This document shows positions 29,391 through 39,287 of a stretch of DNA of 39,287 nt, piece after piece. The notes beneath the pieces were generated by a model. That model saw only the letters and a list, made by a program, of their open reading frames with translations. It had not been told where the DNA came from and did no database searches. A program made the translations under genes and the position numbers. Positions within the stretch are counted from its first letter, which is position 1. Each line of letters starts with the position of its first letter. This DNA is from Tubiluchus corallicola (taxonomy: Eukaryota > Animalia > Priapulida), in the NCBI GenBank assembly GCA_030141605.1, contig JAQGDQ010001470.1, forward strand, positions 1 through 39,287, given 5' to 3'.

Positions 29391-30084
29391 CATCGTATTT
29401 CCAGTTCCCAACCATCCCTTCGGGCTCCCAGTACATCTTGCACTGCCTCAGTTTAGTCAAACAATCACTAAGCATTATTTTCTCGGATTCATAACTAAAT
29501 TCAATTTATGAATGTAGAGAATGCATTTTATACATGCGCTAAAGTGCCAGTAATCAAATTACGCATCAAAAACCCTTCATATTGGATAATCCACTTATTC
29601 CGTGTGAAAAAGTTTGATATTTTTGCAAGAGAAACGCGTTTGTGACTCTATTACGTTCAAACTGCCTCACACACGTGACAAAAATGCTAGAAAATCCACA
29701 ATAAAACTTCAGCCTAATGAGCAACTGATGAAGCATGACATTGCGAAAGAGTTAAAGCCCGCGAGGCATTGTGGGATTACAATATGGCGCACAAGGCGTC
29801 TTTTAAACGAATTATACGTTTCTTTTTACGCAAAATTTGATTATAATAAATAATAATTTTGCGAACAAATGTTATATTGTAATGAAAATTGCTGGATCGT
29901 GGCAGACATATTGGAAAATAAATTCGAACGTAGTAGAAATGATGAGTTACGAACTTCTATGGCGTCCTTGACGATGACACTAGGGTCCATATTAAGTAAA
30001 TTAGCCATATAATTATGTAATGTATGACATATGCTTCAAATAGCTGCTGATTTTTGTATTAAAGAAAAAGGGAGAGGGACTGAG

Positions 30085-30795
<711 letters not shown>

Positions 30796-30997
30796 ATAAA
30801 TAAATATATAAATAAATAAATATCTATAAATAAACTGTTTAATGTGATACTTTGGATGTATGAGCTATTATAACCGTTCAAATTTTGTTATAATAAATTT
30901 GCTCAATTCATTAGACTTCTGCTTAGAAATAATCCGTTTCTTTTTAACGCAGTAAAGCAATAATGAACTTAGTTCCCGTAAGACGGTGATCTTCCTT

Positions 30998-31008
30998 GGC
31001 GCATGCGC
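30998..31008. promoter_or_regulatory. GCGCATGCGC palindrome (NRF1-type site), possible promoter
   Basis: Perfect palindrome upstream of splice-like signals; motif evidence only. Confidence 0.25.
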
Positions 31009-31554
31009 ACTATCACCAGTTCAGAGTCTTCACTGAACTTGGCTTCTTATAGACGCGAATTGTGCGCTAAGCGATGCTGAAAGCGGAAGAATTGAAAAGT
31101 GAATTATAGCAAAACCTCAAAAGGCAGAAATCGTCTCGTTTTTTCACTTTTCCAGCTTTTCTGACAGTAACTTCTACCTAATTGCGTTATTATAATGTCT
31201 AATCAGTTTAGATTTCGTAGTTTTAGGTAGATTTTCTCAGTGCAAAGTGTCTTAGGGGTTAAAATGTGATCTGACTGTTACAGTGCAGCGTGATTTTCTA
31301 ATTCTGTGAGTTCTTTTTCAAACTAGCAAAGTTTACTTCTGATTTTACACTAGATTTTGCAAGGAAGTTTGCTGGAGTTCGTCACAAATTTGTAAGTAAT
31401 ATCATTTTTTTACCAAAATTATATTTGAATGAGTATTTCTCAATGGTTACGTCTAAATTATGTGATTAATATTTTACAGGAGATTCGCTGAATTTTTAAA
31501 GGAAGGAAGGATGATTTTTCATTTGCTAACCCATTTTAGTTTTTGGTTCTTCCT

Positions 31555-32870
31555 GATTTCTGTTTAGTTGCTGGTTCTTGCTGGTTTAGGTTTAGTTGCT
31601 GGTTCTTGTTGGTTCCTGTTTAGTTGCTGGTTCTTGCTGGTTTCTGTTTAGTTGCTGGTTCTTGTTGGTGTCTCTCTAGTTGCTGGTTCTTGCTGGTTTC
31701 TGTTTAGTTGCCGGTTCTTGGTGGTTTAGGTTTAGTTGCTGGTTCTTGCTGGTTTCTGTTTAGTTGCTGGTTCTTGCTTGTTTCTGTTTAGTTGCTGGTT
31801 CTTGCTGGTTTCTGTTTAGTTGCTGGTTCTTGCTGGTTTCTGTTTAGTTGCTGGTTCTTGCTGGTTTCTGTTTAGTTGCTGGTTCTTGCTGGTTTCTGTT
31901 TAGTTGCTGGTTCTTGCTGGTTTCTGTTTAGTTGCTGGTTCTTGCTGGTTTCTGTTTAGTTGCTGGTTCTTGCTGGTTTCTGTTTAGTTGCTGGTTCTTG
32001 CTGGTTTCTGTTTAGTTGCTGGTTCTTGCTGGTTTCTGTTTAGTTGCTGGTTCTTGCTGGTTTCTGTTTAGTTGCTGGTTCTTGCTGGTTTCTGTTTAGT
32101 TGCTGGTTCTTGCTGGTTTCTGTTTAGTTGCTGGTTCTTGCTGGTTTCTGTTTAGTTGCTGGTTCTTGCTGGTTTCTGTTTAGTTGCTGGTTCTTGCTGG
32201 TTCTTTAGTTGCTGGTTCTTGCTGGTTTCTGTTTAGTTGCTGGTTCTTGCTGGTGTCTTTTAGTTGCTGGTTCTTCTGGTTTCTGTTTAGTTGCTGTTTG
32301 CTGGTTTCTGTTTAGTTGCTGGTTCTTGCTGGTTTCTGTTTAGTTGCTGTTTGCTGGTTTCTGTTTAGTTGCTGGTTCTTGCTGGTTTCTGTTTAGTTGC
32401 TGGTTCTTGCTGGTTTCTGTTTAGTTGCTGGTTCTTGCTGGTGTCTCTTTAGTTGCTGGTTCTTGCTGGTTTCTGTTTAGTTGCTGGTTCTTGCTGGTTT
32501 AGGTTTAGTTGCTGATTGGTGCTGGTTTCTGTTTAGTTGCTGGTTCTTGCTGGTTTCTGTTTAGTTGCTGGTTCTTGCTGGTTTCTGTTTAGTTGCTGGT
32601 TCTTGCTGGTGTCTCTTTAGTTGCTGGTTCTTGCTGGTTTCTGTTTAGTTGCTGGTTCTTGCTGGTGTCTCCTTAGTTGCTGGTTCTTGCTGGTTTCTGT
32701 TTAGTTGCTGGTTCTTGCTGGTGTCTCTTTAGTTGCTGGTTTTTGCTTGTGTCTCTTTAGTTGCTGGTTTTTGCTGGTGTCTCCTTAGTTGCTGGTTCTT
32801 GCTGGTTTCTGTTTAGTTGCTGGTTCTTGCTGGTTTCTGTTTAGTTGCTGGTTTTTGCTGGTTCCTGTTT
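31555..32870. repeat. 28-bp minisatellite (GTTTAGTTGCTGGTTCTTGCTGGTTTCT), about 47 copies
   Basis: TGTTTAG at 31813, 31841 and onward. Homogeneous core with diverged edges. Confidence 0.96.
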
Positions 32871-33301
32871 ACATGAATAAAGATGCAGTTTTTGACATAT
32901 TATTTGCAAGCCAATGATAAAATAGCAGTTTTAACCAACTTTTAGAGGACCTCCAAACCGCAGTGATTGGTTTTCACAACACAATATCGTTGACATCTAC
33001 TGCAACAGATAAAACACGTTGAATAAAGGCGCAGGATAGAAAGAGTAGGGTATTCTATATCCGGTGTTGTAGTTTGCAGACTCGTATATTTGTGTGCATG
33101 GATCCAGCGCTCATTACAGGGCCCGTTCATGTGTACGTGATTACAGGTGTGGTGTAATCGATGATTACAGGTGTGGTGTAATGGAAACCTGCTAATGAGG
33201 GACTCAAGGTTAATCATTATGTCACTGGATGCTAGAGGTAAAGCTTCTTGTAAAAATGGAGGCACAGAAATATGGATCAGTGCCAAAACTAAGCTTCTTA
33301 A

Positions 33302-33784
33302 AGGAAGACAGGATGATTTTTCATATACTACCCCATTTCAAGTCATATAAAAAGCACACATTTTAACACAATTAATACTGCAGAAGCGTTTCTGATCATT
33401 AAATAATAGATTAAAAACTTAATTAACGACGGGCGAGCCCAACTATTGATGTCATCACAAACTAACACAAGTTTCAACAGTAAAAATATTCCACGAGCGT
33501 GTTGCACATGTTTGCGAAAGAGAAAATTGAAGTACAGTGCTACTGTAAGATATTCAGTGTGTTGAACTAAAACTAGGTAAGTTTTAAGATAAAAATTCGT
33601 ATTTCAAATTTACCGCTGTGCTCACGCATGAGCTATTGAACAAGTGCAGTGCGTCACAAACTAACACATCTTAACTGAGAGGTACAGCACCTGTTTTTTG
33701 TGCAACGCTTTCCGAAATGCAGGTGATAGTGCCCGTCTAACTGACGAATGTCGAAATGCATGTAACAGCGAAGAACTAGTGGCT
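33302..33784 (+). mobile_element. Kolobok/T2-like MITE family A, 3'-truncated or variant
   Basis: TTAA|AGGAAGACAGGATG.. colinear with 24338-24795. Confidence 0.78.
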
Positions 33785-34169
33785 TTAATGGCAAATTTAG
33801 GACAAAAATGCGTTAATACAGTAGAAAAACCTGCATGGTTTACACGAAAAAGCGCGAAATTCTAATTATCATAATTAATTAGTCCTAAAACTGATTGCTG
33901 TAATTTATCTGCAGCTTGCGGAAAATATGAGTTCGCTCCACGTTTCGGTCACGTGGTTTTCATAAAGGCAAAATCGGTGATTTTATGCAAATGATGCTGA
34001 TGCTGATGATAAAATATTGTTTCGTGAACAAACTAGCTACAGCAAAATTGCACAAAGCACGCGAGCATTAATTTTATGAAAATAGTTCGTTTGTTATTAG
34101 AAAATAACGCGAATCAAGAAATTTGCAGGGACAAATATCAGTAATATAACAGGAGTTTTAATAATGAAG

Positions 34170-35290
34170 AGCGGTGCAAGGTAAAATAGCATGGGTAATA
34201 ATGGCACAGGAAATAATGGTGCAGGTAATAATGGCACAGGAAATAATGGTACAGGTAATAATGGTACAAGAAATAACGGTATAGATAATAATGGCACTGT
34301 AAATAATGGTACTGATAATGATGACACAGGAAATAATGATATAGGTAATAATTGTACAGGAAATAATGGTACAGTTAATAATGGCACAGGAAATAATGGC
34401 ACAGGTAATACTGGCACAGGAAATAATGGCACAGGTAATAATGGTACAGGTAATAATAGCACAGGAAATAACAGAATAGATAATAATGACACAGGAAATA
34501 ACGGTATAGGTAATAATGGCACAGGAAATAATAGTACAAGTAATAATGGCACAGGAAATAACGGCACAGGTAATAATGGCACAGGAAATAATGGTATAGA
34601 TAATAAGGGCACAGGAAATAATGGTACAGATAATAATGGCACAGGAAATAATGACACAGGAAATAACGGTATAGGTAATAATGGCACAGGAAATAATGGT
34701 ACAGATAATAAGGGCACAGGAAATAATGGTACAGATAATAAGGGCACAGGAAATAATGACACAGGAAATAACGGCACAGGTAATAATGGCACAGGAAATA
34801 ATGGTACAGATAATAAGGGCACTGGAAATAATGGTACAGATAATAAGGGCACAGGAAATAATGACACAGGAAATAACGGTATAGGTAATAATGGCACAGG
34901 AAATAACGGCACAGGTAATAATGGCACAGGAAATAATGGTACAGATAATAAGGGCACAGGAAATAATGATACAGTTAATAATGGCGGAACATAGGAAAAG
35001 GGAGACAGGAGAAAAGGAGTGCAAGGGGAGCAATAACAAAAAGAGGCACACTTAGCCATAAAATACGAGCTTATTTGGTGCGTCTTTTTTTGAGGAATTC
35101 TATTTTATCTTCCAAATAGAGTGGCATGTTTTAAGATTCTAGTTACAGTCAGGTGTTTAGGGTTAGCGTTAGGTCTTATTTTTTCTTATTTTCCATTTGT
35201 TCCCTTTACTTGTTGTTTTTTCTCGCACCGTATTTACCGTGTCACTGTTACCTGTGTCGTTATTAGTCGTGTCATTTCACTAATGTTCGT
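34170..35290. mobile_element. Putative MITE with an expanded 15-bp subterminal repeat (array 34192-34986)
   Basis: Degenerate inverted copies of the 15-bp unit at about 35225-35290 and an internal TTAGGGTTAGCGTTAGG. No clear TSD. Confidence 0.45.
34192..34986. repeat. 15-bp minisatellite (AATAATGGCACAGGA/T)
   Basis: Directly visible, about 53 units. Confidence 0.96.
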
Positions 35291-35482
35291 ATGTTCATGA
35301 AGCATCAGTAAGAATTGCCCGAAAGGAAGCCTTGAAGCCATAGAAATGGGTGGAACACTCTAATAAATGTTGAAGATGAAATTTAACTTGGCTTCTTTGT
35401 TGGCTTCTATTGTTCGTCTTCTACGTCTAGGAGTAAAAGAACTCACGCTGCTAGCTGCAGATAGAAATGGGTGGAACACTCT

Positions 35483-36706
35483 AATAATGGCACTGTAAAT
35501 AATGGTACTGATAATAATGACACAGGAATTAATGATATAGGTAATAATGGTACAAGGAAAAATTGTACAGTTAATAATGGCACAGGAAATAATGGCACAG
35601 GTAATAGTGGCACAGGAAATAATGGTACAGGTAACAATGGTACGAGAAATAACGGTATAGATAATAATGGCACTGTAAATAATGGTACAGATAATAATGA
35701 CACAGGAAATAATGATATAGGTAATAATTGTACAGAAAATAATGGTACGGTTAATAATGGCACAGGAAATAATGGCACAGGTAATAATGGCACAGGAAAT
35801 AATGGCACAGGTAATAATGGTACAGGAAATAATGGCACAGGAAATAACGGTACATGTAATAATGGCATAGGAAATAATGGTATAGGTAATAATGGCACAA
35901 GAAATAACAGAATAGATATTAATGGCACAGGAAATAACGGTATAGGTAATAATAGCACAGGAAATAATGGTACAGATAATAAAGGCACAGGAAATAATGA
36001 TATAGGTAATAATGGTACAAGGAAAAATGGTACAGTTAATAATGGCACCGGAAATAATGGCACAGGAAATAATGGTACAGGTAACTATGGTACGAGAATT
36101 AACGGTATAGATAATAATGGCACTGTAAATAATGGTACAGATAATAATGACACAGGAAATAATGATATAGGTAATAATTGTACAGAAAATAATGGTACGG
36201 TTAATAATGGCACAGGAAATAATGGCACAGGTAATAATGGCACAGGAAATAATGGCACAGGTAATAATGGTACAGGAAATAATGGCACAGGAAATAACGG
36301 CACATGTAATAATGGCATAGGAAATAATGGTATAGGTAATAATGGCACAAGAAATAACAGAATAGATATTAATGGCACAGGAAATAACGGTATAGGTAAT
36401 AATAGCACAGGAAATAATGGTACAGATAATAAAGGCACAGGAAATAATGATATAGGTAATAATGGTACAAGGAAAAATGGTACAGTTAATAATGGCACCG
36501 GAAATAATGGCACAGGAAATAATGGTACAGGTAACAATGGTACGAGAAAAAACGGTATAGATAATAATGGCACTGTAAATAATGGTACAGATAACAATGA
36601 CACAGGAAATAATGATATAGGTAATAATTGTACAGGAAATAATGGTACGGTTAATAATGGCACAGGAAATAATGGCACAGGTAATAATGGCACAGGAAAT
36701 AATGGC

Positions 36707-36707
<1 letters not shown>
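35483..36707. repeat. 15-bp minisatellite with a 450-bp higher-order repeat
   Basis: The variant unit TACGAGAA..AACGGTATAG recurs at 35641, 36091, 36541. Confidence 0.95.
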
Positions 36708-37760
<1,053 letters not shown>

Positions 37761-38105
37761 ACTCTGCCTTTGTTCGTTAATATGCCTTATTTTTCCTTTA
37801 ATTCATACGAACACACGTAGAAACGATTTAGTTCTCCTTTAATTTGTTGTGAACACATCTAGCTTTCAGTAGCTGCACGGTAGGGCGTCCACATTATTAA
37901 ACAGATCTATTAATAGTAAACTGTGAGTAGGTTTATCTAAACATGAGCTTAATTAGTAAGCTATGCAGTCAATTTAAACTGTCAGTGATGTTAATAAACA
38001 ATGATTGCTTCAGTAACTAGATCAGATCCAGTTAGTTCATACTAACAGAACCTGCTAATTTAGTGAATTGCAGGATTAGATGGTTGAACATAACAGAATT
38101 TTTAA

Positions 38106-38634
38106 AGGAAAACCGGCCGTTGGTTAGACTCGATCTCTTTTTAATTTACTCTCTGAAATATACACTTTCGTGCCTACAAAAGTTGGCGGTTGTTTCCTAT
38201 ACTTTTTTCTTAATTATTAGCTTGGAAACCGAATGCAGATATCGCTTACGTCACAAACTAACCACAGTTTGCGCAATGGTAGGCATCTTCCCTGCGCGTC
38301 AAGCACGTGAAGATTGCTATAAGAACTGATGTGATGTCACGAAAATAAGCTCTACGTCACACTGACGTCACAGACGAACAAGGCATTTCATGATCATGCT
38401 TATCATGGTACTACGCCTATTTGTCAGTCATGGGAATGTGACAAAAAGGCGCCATCGCCAGTCTTAGTGGATTCGCTGAGCTGCGCGTAGTTTGAAAGTT
38501 AAACAAAATTTACCTACCCGTGGTAATTATTATTTAATCTAAGCTTTGATTTAGAAAAAATCCTGTTGTAGTTTTCCATGTTTGTGGAGCAAACTTTATT
38601 TTGAACTAACGTTTACACAATCATCCGCTTTTCC
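38106..38634 (+). mobile_element. Kolobok/T2-like MITE family C
   Basis: TTAA|AGGAAAACCGG ... CCGCTTTTCC|TTAA. Homolog of 20371-20870. Confidence 0.8.
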
Positions 38635-38639
38635 TTAAA

Positions 38640-39099
38640 GTGCAGCGTAGTAGGTTGTTGTTGCCGGCGGTGTAATAATATTAGTAATAACGTAGTAAAT
38701 AATCGAATAATTAATTAATTAAGAATAAATTAATTATTAATTAATTAGTAGTATTAGTTATTAATTGCAAGCGGATTAATATTAATAATAATATTATTAT
38801 AATAATATTATTAATAATAATAATAATAATAATATTAATAATAATAGTAGTAATGGTAGTAATAATAACAGCAACGCTGCTAACAATAACCTTTATACCT
38901 TTCCTTAGCCACAACATAACGGAATATGTAGCGTAATAATATTATTGAGTATTAGTAATAATAGTAGTAGTGTAGTATTAGTAGTGGTAGTAGTAACGTA
39001 ATAATATTATTATTTTAGTAGTAGTAATTTAATAATAATTATTATATTTAATTAATTAGCCCTTTTTATTAGTAATTATGAATAGTAGTAGGGTAACGG

Positions 39100-39175
<76 letters not shown>

Positions 39176-39176
39176 C

Positions 39177-39220
<44 letters not shown>

Positions 39221-39287
39221 CAGTAGTAGTAGTAGCAGTAGTAGTAGTAGTAGTAGCAGTAGTAGTAGTAGTAGTAGTAGTAGTAGT
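38640..39287. repeat. Low-complexity AAT/TAG tract grading into (TAG)n
   Basis: Nearly pure (TAG)n from about 39101. Confidence 0.9.

Noticed and set aside
29720-29765. Hammerhead-like CTGATGA-A-GCA..TGC-GAAA
   Set aside because: Only a 3-bp stem II forms; I could not find stem III with an NUH triplet or stem I.

Overview
AT-rich, repeat-dense animal (probably invertebrate) genomic DNA. One protein-coding gene is well supported: a + strand, 13-exon, 5'-incomplete TTLL4-like tubulin-modifying ATP-grasp ligase (about 2044-18240/18335, at least 538 codons). I assembled it by hand, and all GT-AG junctions are phase-consistent. Its ATP/Mg residues are intact, but the residues that bind the donor glutamate and set initiation versus elongation look remodelled. 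Its last exon is tandemly duplicated, and the stop TAG of copy 1 is also the acceptor of copy 2. The rest is mobile and repetitive DNA: three families of TTAA-flanked Kolobok/T2-like MITEs (one forming an inverted MITE-spacer-MITE composite seen twice), a piggyBac-like MITE, two copies of a 5S-rRNA-headed SINE with an RTE-type tail, LINE 3' fragments, and many mini- and microsatellites. Nearly all long ORFs in the supplied track are repeat artefacts. Comparisons to known proteins and elements are from memory, not from a database search.
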